A stretch of DNA of 64,000 bases, taken from contig OX597816.1 of the NCBI GenBank assembly GCA_951406725.2, forward strand, positions 119,908,001 through 119,972,000, given 5' to 3'. The DNA comes from Octopus vulgaris (Eukaryota). Each line of letters opens with the position of its first letter. Within the stretch, counting starts at the first letter, position 1. A program made the position numbers and the translations under genes. Below the pieces are notes generated by a model that saw nothing but the letters and a program-made list of their open reading frames with translations, was not told the origin of the DNA and searched no databases. Below are positions 25,651 to 39,139 of this stretch, one piece after another.

Positions 25651-28208
25651 CTACATAATCATTCAAGAGTGCAATAAAACTGCAATTAAGAAGTAAGCAA
25701 TAATGAGGTCTATTTATTTAAAGTTGTTTGACTTTAGTAACAGAAGAAATGAAGGCCAATACCTGTTGGATTTGCGGAAGAATTTTATACAGTATAAAGG
25801 ATTAACTATACATGTTACTTAGTGATAGCTTCCAGATTGTGTAAACCCTATTTTTAGTTAGCATAATAGCGTCATATTTGTTTATGCTGTACTTTAAAAT
25901 TTTGAGTTTGTTTTTTGGAAGTGTAGGAAATAAAGATAGACATAAACTGATTTAGAGGGCCGAGAGAGATAAATTTGTATCCAATATATTTTACATACTA
26001 TTAACAGTATATTTCAAATCATTACCATTTAAAGTTTTGAGATTTTTACATTCACTACTCTTGTGAAAATTTTGCATAACAAAACAATACTATAATTTTT
26101 TGATATTCTTTAATATAGTTTACTCAATATAATCTTAACTCATTCATAATTTCTTTCAATCATATTTCTGTCATTCTTCTATTTCTGTTTCTAAACTACT
26201 CATGTTTCTTCTAACATAATCAATTAATTTTCATAACTTTTCTGTGTGACATGCAGGAAGCTACATCTATACTCATCAGCTTATATTTTGGGTTATTAGT
26301 TTGTCTGAATAACTGAGTCAATGCCCATACCTTTTGTAGTCTCTCTTGAATTGATGATGTTGATATAATTAATGCTTTATTTGAACTTCTGAAAATTCAT
26401 GCATGTGGGGAAAATTTGAAGGAAGAGAAGAGAAGATTTCAGTTCCCACAGAAAAGATTGAGCAAAATCTTTAAAATGAGGTCAATACAAGAAAGATAGC
26501 TATGATGAGGGGAGAAGTGGATACATTCTCTTATGCAACTTGTTAGTTTAGAGGTACAGGAGCAGGCAGATGGTAATATCATTTTTGTGATTGAAGGTTT
26601 ATCAAACTGCCAGCTTCACTTCCAATTCCTTTTTATGATTATATTCTAGAATGTTTATATGTTTGTTAGCTGTTCCATCTTAGATATGTCACTGTACCAC
26701 TGATTTGCAGAGAGTCAGTAACTGTTCAGAGAACAAGTCTTTTCTCCTCTTAAAAGAAGAAGTTTAGTATTTTAGAATGCACTGTAAACATTGTAATAAA
26801 TACATGATTACTACAAAAAATTAAAAAAGTTTGAGATTTAGTATTTGTAGGAAGTTTGACAGTTTCAGTTATGTAGTGTCCATGAACAGAGCTGATGTTG
26901 TACTGTAGAGCGTTTCTTTGATAACTATGTATACACATGTAGAGAAACATACACACATCACATACTTATAACAAATACAAATCAATGTTATTAAAGTATA
27001 TATACAATTGCATGAAAATATGAGTTATGTTAGAGAAAAGCTTATTTATTTTCTCAGTAAGACAACAAGGAACAAGAAATAAGAGTGCAATTGGATTAGC
27101 AAGGCCAAAATTGGTTAAACACAAATACAACCTACAGTTTTAGTTGCCCTCAAACTACAATATTCATTTCTTGTTATTTTTGTTTATACAAATAAAATGT
27201 ATAAGTAAATTTTGAAAGCAACAAAATCCTTGTAGAGGCTCTTGTGCCTAAACACATGAATGGCCAAACCATCAAATTTCTAGTTAAAGAATAAATAGTT
27301 CTTATGCAGTGCCTCCAGTAGAGACAATCAAGTCTCTGCTAAAAGCAGCAGTACTACTGTATAACTAATAAGGTTATATTAGCTTGAAGTAATGAGAACA
27401 AAATCCTCCTCTGAGCATATAGAATACATTGGAAGTTATACCTATGTATTTTTGTTTGCAATCACAGTATAAATACAAAATCTTCAATAAGGTAATTACA
27501 AGAATTGGTAAGCTAAAATGATTACAGTTGATATGAATCATAATTAGTGTATCATAAATATATCCTAAAGTGACATACTGCACATATAAGTTGGTGTATT
27601 TTTGAAAAGGCCCAGTTCAAAACAGTGTTGTTTCAGGATACACCAATCTAGAATTTTAAAAGTAAAAAATGGCTACCACCACTGCTACTTCATCAGTTAC
27701 AACAACGAGAATTTCAGTTGATCTGATCAATGAAACAGCCTGCTCATTAAATTAATGTGCAAATGGCCGAGCACTCCACAGACACACATACCCCTTAATG
27801 TAGTTCTCAGAGAGATTCAGCATGACACAGAATGAGACAAGGTTGGCTCTTTAAAAAAAAAAAGTGCTACTCATTTTTGCCAGCTGAGTGAACTGGAACA
27901 ATGTGAAATAAAGTGTCTTGCTCAAGGACACAACATGTCACTGGGAATTGAACTCATGACTTCACAATTGAGCTGAATATCCTAACCACTTAGCCATGTG
28001 CTTTCACTAATTACCAACCAATCTGACAACAAAATTCTGTTCACAACCACCTTTATCTTAATTTTAGTGTTCTAGACAGTCACATAGGTTTTCAATGCTG
28101 TATGACTCCAGGAATCTCTGACTGTCAACCAGCTGATTCTCATTACAGAGTGTGATAACCTTTACTTATTCTAAAAATTCTAGATTGGTGCACCATGAAA
28201 AAAGTGAA

Positions 28209-28396
28209 CATGATAGATCGTTAGCCACTACACACATTTTTTTCTCTCCTTGTTTTTACTGTGTACCTTTCTGTAGAAGAGCGTAGGCTCGAAACGTACA
28301 AGACTTTTTCTATTCCTGTGCGTTATACTAATACATCTGTTTGTTTTGTACACCACCTGCCTTCGTCTTTTGTTTTTTTTCGTAAACTTTCCCTTT
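28209..28396 (+). mobile_element. PLE-like terminal fragment with a variant hammerhead motif (second copy 48042-48226)
   Basis: cttt CTGTAGA a gagc-gtag-gctc GAAAC GT A caag (28267-28302). Near-identical flanks in both copies. Confidence 0.65.
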
Positions 28397-30230
28397 ACAA
28401 ACTGTTAGCTGGAAGGTGAAACTAAAACAAAGATACTGTGAAGTAATATAAGTCCAAAAGAATCGGAGAAATGTTCTTTCTCAATGTGTTGATACCCCTT
28501 ACTGTGTTGTCAGTGTAAACAAGAAGAGTATAGGAGATACAGCAGAAATCTCTAACAAACTGACAAAAAATATGAAAGAACTTTAGTAGAGTGAGTGTGG
28601 TAAATATCAGATCTCTGCTAAAACAAAAATGAGCAGGTATGTGTGGTTAGGAAGCTTGCTTCCTAGCCACATGGGTGTGGGTTCAGTCCCACTGTGTGGC
28701 ACCTTAAGCAAGTATCTTCTGCTATAGCCTTGGGCTGACTGAAGCCTTGTGATTGAATTTGGTAGGTGGAAGTTATCGCCATGTGTTTAAGTGCTTATGC
28801 CTCTTAACAGAGAGAGCTAGAAATGGAACTAGTGAGAGCATTGTGGTGCATTAGCTACTTGCTAGGTTAGGAAGAAGATTGGGAGATGGAATGTAGGTTG
28901 ACTAAATATGAGGAAAAAATGTTACAGATGAGGTGATATCAAAATATTAGGAATAAAATAAATACTGACATAAATGATGATGATGATAGGTATTACATTA
29001 GGAATCACAATGGACTGAGATACAAAGAGAGACATACTCTACAGATATGTCTAATTGATCCCCAGCATAAAAAAAAACATGACTAACCATTTCTAAGCAA
29101 GACACCAATGACTGCCTGCTCCAGTTTGTCTGAAGCAAACATTTGAGTGGTTGGCAGTAGAAAAGGCAAACAATAGTAAAAAGGATCACTTTGACCCTTT
29201 TTACTATTGGTAAATCCCCACCCAGTAGTTTAAAAAAAATGGCTGTGAAACAGAGAGAAAGTGATACAACAGCTGTGTGAAGAATGTGTCATGCTCAAAA
29301 GGAATAAACAGTTCTGGTCAATAAATTGTTCATTCCTGGGACCAACTTATTTTCCCAGAAAATTACAAAGAGGCAGTTTTCAGCATAGCCTTAGCTGTGA
29401 TAGCAAAAATAGTAACAATTAAAAAAAAGTGGTGGTGATGTTACTTTAGATATATATCTTATCCCTATAACTCAAATTATCAATATGCAGAATAAATTGT
29501 TAATTTTTAGCTTATTCAATGGCTAAGAGTATAATTAGCAGTAGAAGAACAGGGGCATGCACAGTAACAGTGTATTACTGCATCCACCATTTGTTGGTGA
29601 TTCCCTACACCTGATGGAGAAGGGAATCACCACTTTAGTGACAACCCTTCAACTTAGGTATTTGTTTTGGGCAGTCATTGCCTGTGAGGGTTTTATAAGC
29701 TTGGAGTGCAAATCCTATCTCAACCTCTTTTAGTCACCTTTTATGACATGCAGAGGAAACCTTTAGTCAATTCTTTGACATGCCAGTTCTCGCACAGCAC
29801 AAAGAATATAACTGATGTAAAAAAAATTAATTTTCTTATACACATTTAATTCATATATCAATAATTATATTCTGCAACAACTTTCAGGTATCATAATTAA
29901 TTGGTTGCCTGCAATAATGTTTAAATTTAGAGAGTATCATAAGAGCTTGTTCAAGCTTTCAGTTTTGTTGTTTTCCTCAGGTAAAAGTGAAATATTTGAA
30001 GTATCAAGAATTATTAAAAATAAGTATTATAAGGTTAAAGAATTAAAATAATAATTAGAATAATCACACACATAAACTTAGCCAAATTAAGGGTGAAAAA
30101 ACAAAAACAAAACTTAGGTAAGGCTAATCTAGATGTAACTAGTGATCATATAGTTTTATAAGAAAAAAAAATAGAAGAAAAAATATACTTACAAAAAACT
30201 TTTTTTATAAAAAACATAAATAAAATTTAC

Positions 30231-30261
30231 CTTACATTGATTAAATGACACAAAATAGTTT
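30231..30261 (-). CDS. CFAP410: Candidate 31-nt micro-exon of CFAP410
   Basis: acaacag|A AAC TAT TTT GTG TCA TTT AAT CAA TGT AAG|gtaaat. Converts phase 2 to the phase 0 required by the last exon. No homology support. Confidence 0.4.
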
Positions 30262-30363
30262 CTGTTGTGTTGTTTGAAGCAAGAGAAGCCAAGTGAAATG
30301 AACGGACAACAGTGACAAAAAAAAAAAATCACTAACTACGATGAAATAAGTGAAATTACTAAC

Positions 30364-30381
30364 CTTGTCAAATTCCTCATC
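30364..30381 (-). CDS. CFAP410: Candidate 18-nt micro-exon of CFAP410
   Basis: Long poly-T tract, then ctag|GATGAGGAATTTGACAAG|gttagt. Frame-preserving. Reads (K)MRNLT(R) in phase 2 or DEEFDK in phase 0. Confidence 0.55.
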
Positions 30382-30949
30382 CTAGAGTTAACATTTAAAG
30401 CAAAAAAAAAAAAAGGATAAACATTACATCATAGTGACAGTACATATAGCTGACTAGCATGAGAAAACTTTCAGAGTTATTTTTTTTTTATAAATAACAT
30501 TAAATGTTAAATAATGCTCCATTCATAAACTTTTGACTTGAGGTTGTAGACTGCCAATTTTCTTTAATGAAATTTAAAACAAAACAAAAAAGCAGAAAAA
30601 ATAATTATGTAAAATAACAATTGAAAGCAAATAAGTCCTTTATAGAAATTAGGATTGTAGCAAAATGTATACTAACCCTTTTATGAGTGTGACTAGGTGG
30701 TAGAAGTTTATCTATATGCAATGGTTCCAAGTTATGTTCTATTCGGACTTTACTGAAAATAGACATAAAAATCTTTAATATAGATTTGTTATTAGCAACA
30801 AAAGTAGTATTAGTTTAAAAAGCAACCTGTGTATCATACAATGGATATATCATTGAGGGCCTAATAAACTGTGATATTCATCTAGAGAAAGTATTTCTTA
30901 AAAATGTAAAAACACAGAAATATATCAGCAGTGGACAAAAATTGTCCAG

Positions 30950-31310
30950 TGGCAATGTCTTCTTCTTTCATGAACATCACAAAGCGATGAGCACTTTTCC
31001 CAAATGTCATTTGTAATCATGAAGTCCAATTCTGGAGAGACAGATACGTCCATAGGTGGAACATGTAAAGCCTTACTTTTGTTAACTCACAGGGTTCTGC
31101 ACATGCTGCCAGGTGCAGTGTGCCATTTCCCTCTGAAGTAGATCTTGGAGTTTAGTGGTGCCAGTCTGGTATGTGTCACGTCAGCTAGTGTGATCTGCAG
31201 TCATTGATGTGAGACTGTTGGTCTTCCATAAACAACCTTGCCCGGACTTGTGCCTGGGAGGGTAACTTTCTAGGTGCAACCCCATGGTCAGTCATGACCG
31301 AAGTAGGTCT
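30950..31310 (-). mobile_element. BovB-like RTE 3' end plus an RTE-related short element
   Basis: Reverse complement encodes FTCSTYGRICLSRIGLH, a C2H2-like BovB C-terminus. 31210-31310 matches 42595-42740 in the opposite orientation. Confidence 0.6.
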
Positions 31311-31665
31311 CAGCATGTAGGTCTCATGCATATATATATATATATATGTATATATATCTGTGTGTGTGTGTGTATGTGTGTCTGTCCTTCACCACTGCTT
31401 GACAAGTAGTGTTGGTGTGTTTACATCCCTGTAACTTAGTGATTTGGCAAAAGAGACCAATACAATAAGTACCAGGCTAAGAAAAGGAAAAATAAGTACT
31501 GGGGTTGATTAGTTTGACTAAAATTCTTCATGGCTGCAGTCTAATGACTGAAACTAGTAAAAGATAAATATATATATATATGTTCAGTAGAACTTTTGTT
31601 TTCAAATAATTCTGATCACGAATAAATTGTACTTTATCTCCTGTCTTTCTCATATTCATTTAATA

Positions 31666-31792
31666 CAGTAGTACCTCGGTTTACAAACACCTCTGATCAT
31701 GAATAAATTATGCTTTATATATATATATCTATCTATATATATATAAAGCACGATAAATTTGCGATCAGAGTTTTTCAAAAACTGAGGGACTA

Positions 31793-31795
<3 letters not shown>
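31666..31795. mobile_element. Tc1/mariner (pogo/Tigger-like) hairpin MITE
   Basis: TA|cagtagtacctcggttt ... aaactgagggactactg|TA. Confidence 0.8.
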
Positions 31796-31832
<37 letters not shown>

Positions 31833-31912
31833 CAATTGCAGTGTGGAAGGTGTTTATAAGCCATTTAAGAAACACACAAAACCGTTAGATTCACTTCAAC
31901 ATTTAAATTTAA

Positions 31913-31963
31913 TTTGTCAAAATATTTTCGTCGCTTTGAGACCACGACCTGTTCACTGACAAA
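31913..31963 (-). ncRNA. Hammerhead-like motif with swapped G3:C8 core pair
   Basis: Reverse complement tttgtca GTGAACA g gtcg-tggtctcaaag-cgac GAAA atat T T tgacaaa. 7-bp stem I, palindromic stem III. Confidence 0.6.
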
Positions 31964-32569
31964 GCTTCGTGCTGCATATATATATATATATATATACACA
32001 TACACACGCACACATAAATACACAATAGGCTTATTTCAGTTTACATCTACTATATTGCTTACAAGGCTTTGGTTGACCAAGAGCTGTAGTAGAAGACTCT
32101 TGTTCAAGGTACTGTGCAGTGGGACTGAACCCAAAACCATGTAGTTGTGAAGAGAATTTCTTAACCACATAATCATAACTAGAGAAGAATTTTTTAAATA
32201 CTTTAGAAAGAGTCAGATTTTTCAATATCTAATCAGCAATTAGCATATAATGGAAATTTTGAAGAGGTAACAGATCTATAGATATATCTGTTTCGTCACC
32301 AAAAAAGTGGGATTTGGAAAAAAAGAAAAAAATATAAATTGGGAAATTAAATTAAAGAATGACTCACTGTATCGTAAACAATTATTAGAATTTGAAGAGA
32401 AATATATATAGTAAAGGCTTTTAAGTTCAATCAACTGATTCTAGACTAAAATTAACAGAAAAATATTCATTTGGTTTATATTATATCTGAAATAAAAAAA
32501 ATGATGATGATGATAATGAAGTTTTGATATTATTGGAAAATAAAAATAATTCATAATTGTAATGATTAC

Positions 32570-32714
32570 TTGATTTCTTCAATAGATAGCTCAATCGTTT
32601 GTCTCCAGTTTGAAAATGTTGGAGTATCTTGTTTAGTTGGCGGAGTGGGCTCTTTTGGAATGCAAATCTCAAAACCCTCTTTCTTTGCTGTTTCCTTCTC
32701 TGCTTCAGTCACAT
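32570..32714 (-). CDS. CFAP410: CFAP410 coding exon (end of LRR cap and linker)
   Basis: ctctctctcag|AT...AA|gtaatc, 145 nt, phase 1/2, compatible with the previous exon. Encodes (H)VTEAEKETAKKEGFEICIPKEPTPPTKQDTPTFSNWRQTIELSIEEI; human reads AVTEEELSRALSEGEEI. Confidence 0.85.
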
Positions 32715-34399
32715 CTGAGAGAGAGAGAAGGTAAAATAAAGATGTGTATATATATATATATATATAATGATGAAAGTATGTAAAATTAAATCATTAACCT
32801 CTTTGTTACCATATTTCTGTTGAAACACATTACCTTGGTTACAATTCATTTTGAAAATAATCGAAAATTTAACGAAATAGCTGTCATTATTAAGCTGATG
32901 TTTGGAACTTGATTCAAAATAAAACATCATCATCGTTTAATGTCCGTTTTCCATGTTAGCATGGGTTGGACGGTTTGACTGGGGTCTGGGAAGCCAGGAG
33001 GCTGCAGCAGGCTCCAGTCTGATCTGGCAGTGTTTCTACAGCTGGATGCCCTTCCTAATGCCAACCACTCCGTGAGTGTAGTGGGTGCTTTTTATGTGCC
33101 ACCGGCACAGGGCTCAGAGGAGGCTGGCAACGGTCATAATTGGTTGGTGCTTTTTATGTACCACTGGCACAGAAGCCTGTCAAGGTGGCGCTGGCATCAG
33201 CCACATTCGGATGGTGCTTTTTACATGCCACCGGCACAGGTATCACAACTACAATTTCCATTTGATTTTCATTTTGATGTTAATGTACTTGATCCAAAAG
33301 GTCTCCTCAAGCACAGCAGGTTGCTCTACGATTCAAGGTACTTTTGAAAGGGCTGGGGCTGGTTATGTGAAACTCGTATGTGCAAGTTGATTATATTGAC
33401 CCCAGTGTTTCACTGGTACTTATCAACTTCAAAAGGATGAAAAGTCGACCTGGGCGGCATTTGAATTCAGAATTTAAAATTGGAAGAAATGCTACTAAGC
33501 ATTTTGTACAATGCAGTAACGATTCTGCCAGCTCACCACCCTAAATTAACACAAAAATATTGATTGAAGATTCTAATTTAAATTTTTCAAAATAGAAGTT
33601 TGTATCATAGAAACAAGGGATGGGAGCTGGTATCAAACAGATTAAAGAGGTAAGTTTATATTATTTATACCTCAAAATATATAAGTGTTTCTGCTAGTTT
33701 ATGTAATATATATATATAAGTCCACTCTGCTGGGTGGTTGGTGTTAGGAAGGGCATCTAGCTGTAAAAATCCTGCCAAAACAGTCACAGAAGTCTGGTGC
33801 AGGCTTCTGTCAAATTGTCCCATCCATGGAAGGCGGATGTTAATTGATGATAATGATGATATATATATATATATATATATATATATGGTCTCCTTTTCAT
33901 ATCTGTAGAACTGTAATGTGTAATGGATCCATTTTTAATGTATGCTGATAAGGTATGATTTGAGAGAAATTTGACAAGTTACTTGTTGACTCCACTTGTG
34001 CCAGTGTCATAAAGAAAGCACCCAGTACGCTTCATAAAACAGTTGGTATTAGGAAGGGCATCTAGCCTTAGAAAAGATGCCAAAGCTAGTACTGGAGCTG
34101 AATGCAATCCCATGGTTCATTGGATCCTGATGAACTACCACCATGAAAGATGGACAGTAAGTGATGATACACACACATACACATGTATATCGTTATAGGA
34201 ATATAAATATAGCTAGGATTAGGAAGGGCATCTAGCCATAGAAACTATACCAAAACTGATGCTGAGGCCTAATGCAGCTCTGTGGGTTGTTAGATCCTGT
34301 CAAATCATCCAACCAATTTCAGTATGGAAAATGGACATTAAATGATAATGATATGTAGGTGTGTATATATATATATATATACAAATACATATACATACA

Positions 34400-34990
34400 T
34401 GTTGAATGTGGAAGACATGCAAAGATTAGATAAAAATAAGATGAACATGCTTTGCTGGATATGCATGAATGACAATGTATAAATGAACCTTGACACCAAC
34501 AATGATCACAGCTTCTGTATTTCTCTTGTCATCCCATCTACTTCTCCAACATGATTTTTTTCCTTCACACTGACATCCATTCTTACCTTCTCACACACAG
34601 GCTTTCATACCACTTCCTTAATGATTACGCACACATGCCATCACCTCTACTATATTTTCACACTTGCACACATCTACTCACACATATACACCACATTAAA
34701 CACACACACTAATCTTCCCTTATGCCCATTTTCAGACAGATAGATTCCTTCACTTACATAAACACATCTATTCTTTTCTCCTGTGTGAACTCTTCTACCA
34801 GAACAGCATTCCCACCTGATTTCTAACCTCTATCTCGCTCCCTCTACACTTCTCTTTCATCTGATGAAAGACTAACATCCAAAATGTTAAGAGACTTTCT
34901 CTTTCCATTAAAGCTACTACCTTATTTGTTAAACCTTGTTATCCCCATGTTGTCTTTCTTTCTTGTTCATTGTATTTATACTGTATATAT
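34400..34990 (+). mobile_element. Decayed PLE-like 3' region with a degenerate hammerhead at 34861-34895
   Basis: CTGATGA aagac-taacatcc AAAATGTT aaga after pyrimidine/CA-rich sequence. Confidence 0.35.
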
Positions 34991-35000
34991 AATAAAATTA

Positions 35001-35059
<59 letters not shown>

Positions 35060-35939
35060 TCATATATGTATACATACACACACACATATATATGGATAAA
35101 ATAATTATGCTTAAGCTAGTCACAAACAAAACATCTCCCCATTCAAGGCTGGTGGCTGAATAGTGGGTCTGTTTTTGAACCCCTTCTACAAACTGTCTCA
35201 GTAACAATTGGCAATTTCAATAACACCATAATTGCTTCTCTGGAAAACATGATGGTTAGAAATATGGTATGTAAAATGGGAAAGGATTAAGACTTCTAGA
35301 GTTATTTGATGCCAATAACCTGACTATCTGCAACACAAACCTCAGGAATTCAGTCAGTTTCTTGATCACCTCTCTATCAGGTGAGTGCACACCAAGAAAT
35401 GAGATATGATGATTGTAAATGTCAAATAGTTAATGAGTGGAGACTGTACCACTCAACATAGATTAGTGAGTAGCAACTTTAAAATAAGAGTTAATTTGAT
35501 TAAGGACCAAAATATGATTTGAAGGAAGATATGAAAATGAAAAGAACCTTCAAATAGCCAGATCTAGAAAGTTAGTAGTTGATGCTTATGACGTAAGGGT
35601 AGAGGAGATAGAGACATATTACATAGAATAAGACGGATATTTTCTACCAGATAATTTGCTAGATGTTACAGACTAGATCTGTTGCTAGTGCAAGGTCCTG
35701 TCTATGTACAAGGTGAGGTGGTGGTGAAATATACTGTAGATAGAGCCATTACAGCTACAAGACAGTCTTCAAAGGATTGGAAGAGAGAGGACAGCAGTGA
35801 AAGATATCAAATAGCTGTAAGAGATGTCAGACATCAGGTGTATACAGTAAGGGGAGAGGTAGGAAGAAGTTTGCAGATGTCCTATGACATGAAGATCAAA
35901 AGTATAAGGTATTTTGGATTGCTTATGTAGTGTACTATA

Positions 35940-37180
35940 GTGAGTTGAGCTGTGGTTGTGGTGAAGTGTATACAGAATGATAATGGTACACTCACTTTAA
36001 CTGATGACAAAAAGGAAGAGGCATGAAAGTGCTACAATGAGATGCTGTTGAATGTAGAGAATGCATAGAAGGGAGGGAAGGAGGCTACCACATGTAAACC
36101 TAACAAAGGGACCAGCTACTCAAAGTGGCAGCAGTATAGCGGATAGAGCAATTAGTAGATAAAGCAACAGTCAATAGGATGCTTAAAATATCTAGTGAAG
36201 TATGCATATAGAGCAATCACTCAAATAGTCAATTGGATAATATAGGATGGTGTCATACTCAATGATTGGCATTGTAATATTGTAAACTCCTTCAAGGACA
36301 AAGGAGAAAGGAAACTATAAAGGTATCTAACTACTGGACCATGTTATAGAAGTTAGGTAAAGAGTCAATGCCAAAGTAATTACAAACAAAATTAGATTGG
36401 ATGAGATGCAGTTTGGTTTTACTTCAGGAAAAGGTAACACTGAAGTTATATTGCTAGTGAAACACAAGTCCCTATCCAAGAAAAGTCCATAACTAAAATT
36501 AAGCCTCTATAGTGTGCATTGTCAACCTGGAAAAGGCTTCTGACAAAGTCCTCTTTTTCTGTGACCTAGTGGTTACTAAGGAGGGTGGGGTTAGATGAAT
36601 GATTTGAGAGGGCCAAACAAGTCATGTACAGAGGTGCAGGCAGCAAGGTGTGTCAATAATGAATTCAGTGATGAATTTAGCATGTTCTTATAGTAAATCT
36701 GTAGGAGATTTGGAGCAGATTCAAGATAAAGAAATAAAATACAGAACTGAAGGGTTTATTTTACAATGAACTTAGCGAAAACTAAGTTTTAGTATGTAGG
36801 AATGAAAGTAGGACCCTGATACTGTCAGGGAGTACTTGGTATGTAGAAAAGGAGTCAGCAGAAATTCCATATAGTATCCCTAGTATAAAGAAAAGATGCA
36901 CAAGAGGTGTAGTGGAATCAGGGGAAAGATAAGAGAGAAAGTAGATTTCATATGCAGCAGGAGAACTAAAGCAATGAGCACATTGAGTACATGGGAAATG
37001 CCTGGATGGAGAGACAGAGTGAGAGAAGTAATGAAGAGAGGTAGTAAAGACAGGCTATAATGAGAATAATAACACAGCATAATGGGGGAGAGATTATATT
37101 GGCAGCTACATGTTTGCAGGTATAGGCGCATTGCTTCCAATAGATCTGATGCATTCTCTTCTAACTCAAGCATCAAAGGG
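35940..37180 (+). mobile_element. Old degenerate RTE LINE ORF fragment
   Basis: Remnants FKDKGE, LDEMQFGF..GKGNT, NLEKASD and HKRCSGIRGK, with many stops. Confidence 0.75.
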
Positions 37181-38084
37181 ATAGAGAAGAAAGAAATAGC
37201 AAGATACAGATGGTGGAAGTAGGAAGGATTCAATATAAATAGTTGTGATGGTTTCCAATTTCTCATTCTTCTTTGATACTACCACCTTACTCACTCTGTT
37301 TCCCTGGTCATATCCTCTTTTCTGCAATCACTCTTTGTTTTACTCACTCCACTGGTCATGTTATCTGGAATGGACAGAGACAATGTAAAGCAGTGATGAT
37401 CTTCTGCTGTCTTGCAGGATACAAGGCAACCTTATTAGAGTCAGCGCCATGATAAAATGCACCCAGTACATCTCCAAAATGGTTAATGAATGAGCAGAGA
37501 CATAGTAGGATTAAGAGAACTTCTTAGTCTTGTTAAGGGTATGACAACCTCATTATTATGGTTGCTATGGTAAAATGCACCAAGTACATGCTGCAAACTG
37601 GTTGATGAACAAGATTTGACAAGACCCCTTAGTCTTGTCAAAGACACAATTTCTCTAGTGCCAGTGTGATGATAAAATATACCCAGTATATTCTGTAGAA
37701 TAATTGTCAGGAAGGGCATCCAGCTGTAGAAATATCACAAAAATTAAATGCATGAATGAGGCATGGTCTTCTGCCGAGGGGGACAATGATTGTGAATAAG
37801 AACTGATTTGAAATGAGGTGACCTGTCCAACCTATGTTAGCTGGGGAAGCAGGCATAAATGTTGATATATCAATATATGTATTGTTTATAACAATATGTC
37901 CTGCAGCTTGGCATGGGAAGACCAGTCAAATGAAGTACTTCACTTGAAAACAAGTAAGGTGTGGCAGAAGAAAAGAGCATTTGGCTGTAGAATACAGCCT
38001 CAACAAGTTTTGTCAGTTTTATGCCAACAAAGAATAGAGCAGTCATAAAAACAATCTCCTAATATAATAATGAGCATAGTGTTT

Positions 38085-38906
38085 TTATATATATACTTGT
38101 CCAAAATCATGCAGAATAGTCTAAGTGAAGGCAGAGGAGAGAAAATAGTAATTCAGTGAAGGAGAAATGGTGAGAGTAATAGCCCTGACTGAGAGGGAAC
38201 GAGAGAAAGTAATAGCAATGAGAGAGAGGAAGTGGCAAAGAGTGCATTGTGTGTCTTCTGTTTTTCTCCTTTACAACATATGAAAGAGAAAGGAAGGGGT
38301 GAAAAAATAAAAATCAGCGTTTCAACTCTGTGTGAGTATATATGTGTATGTAAAAGGAGGTGTGTGTATGTGTGTGTGTGTGTGTGCAATGGAAATGGGA
38401 TGATGAATGTTCAATGCTGAAAAGGAAAATCAAACAGCATTTCCACTTTGTGTGAGTATATGTGTGTGCGTGGACAAGGGAAGTATGTGAATGTATGTGA
38501 ACATTGACAAGTGTATTAATTTGATTTATCATCCATATCTTCTACTATAATAATACTCTTGTGTATTTCTCCATCACAACGTATGAATGAGAAAGGACAG
38601 GGTGATAGATGAATAACGAAGGAAGGGGTGATGGCGAACTTGGTAGTGGGATGATGGAAGTTCTGTGGTGAAAAAAAATCAGTGAGTATGTGTGTGTGTG
38701 TGCGTGTGTGTACAATGGAAGTGGGACAATGAACATTCAACGCTGAAAAGAAAAATCAAACAGCGTTTCAACTCTGTATGAATATATGTATGCATGTGCA
38801 TGTACAAGGGAAGTATGTGAATGTTTGTATCTGTGATTATTATGTACCTTATTTATATATAAAATACTACAATTAGCTGTCATTTTTGATGGCACGAGTC
38901 AGCTAG
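38085..38906 (+). mobile_element. Possible non-autonomous Helitron with internal ~330-bp duplication
   Basis: Duplicated aaatcaaacagc(a/g)ttt...acaagggaagtatgtgaatgt blocks. Imperfect hairpin then CTAG|T at 38903-38907. 5' end uncertain. Confidence 0.4.
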
Positions 38907-39139
38907 TAATGATAATAATATACACTGCCTCCTCCCCTCTTAAAAGTTAAAAAAAAATTTTTTTTTGTCTTGCAAGTACTTGGTAACCCTATCAGTGTAG
39001 GTCCCACTTAAAAGCACCCAGTTTACACTGTAAAGTGGTTGGTGTTCGGAAGGGCATCCAGCTGTAAAAACCTTGTCAAAACTGACCGTGCCACATAAAA
39101 AGCACTACTCACCTTGCTTGTGCTAGTGTATGACTCCAT

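Noticed and set aside
29700-29790. Minus-strand gcatgtcataaaaggtgactaa, recalled from retroelement 5' ends as a possible structured RNA
   Set aside because: Degenerate single copy for which I could not build a convincing ribozyme fold.
32368-32486. Extra CFAP410 exon ending at the gtgagt donor
   Set aside because: Every acceptor compatible with the phase-2 upstream donor gives an in-frame stop.
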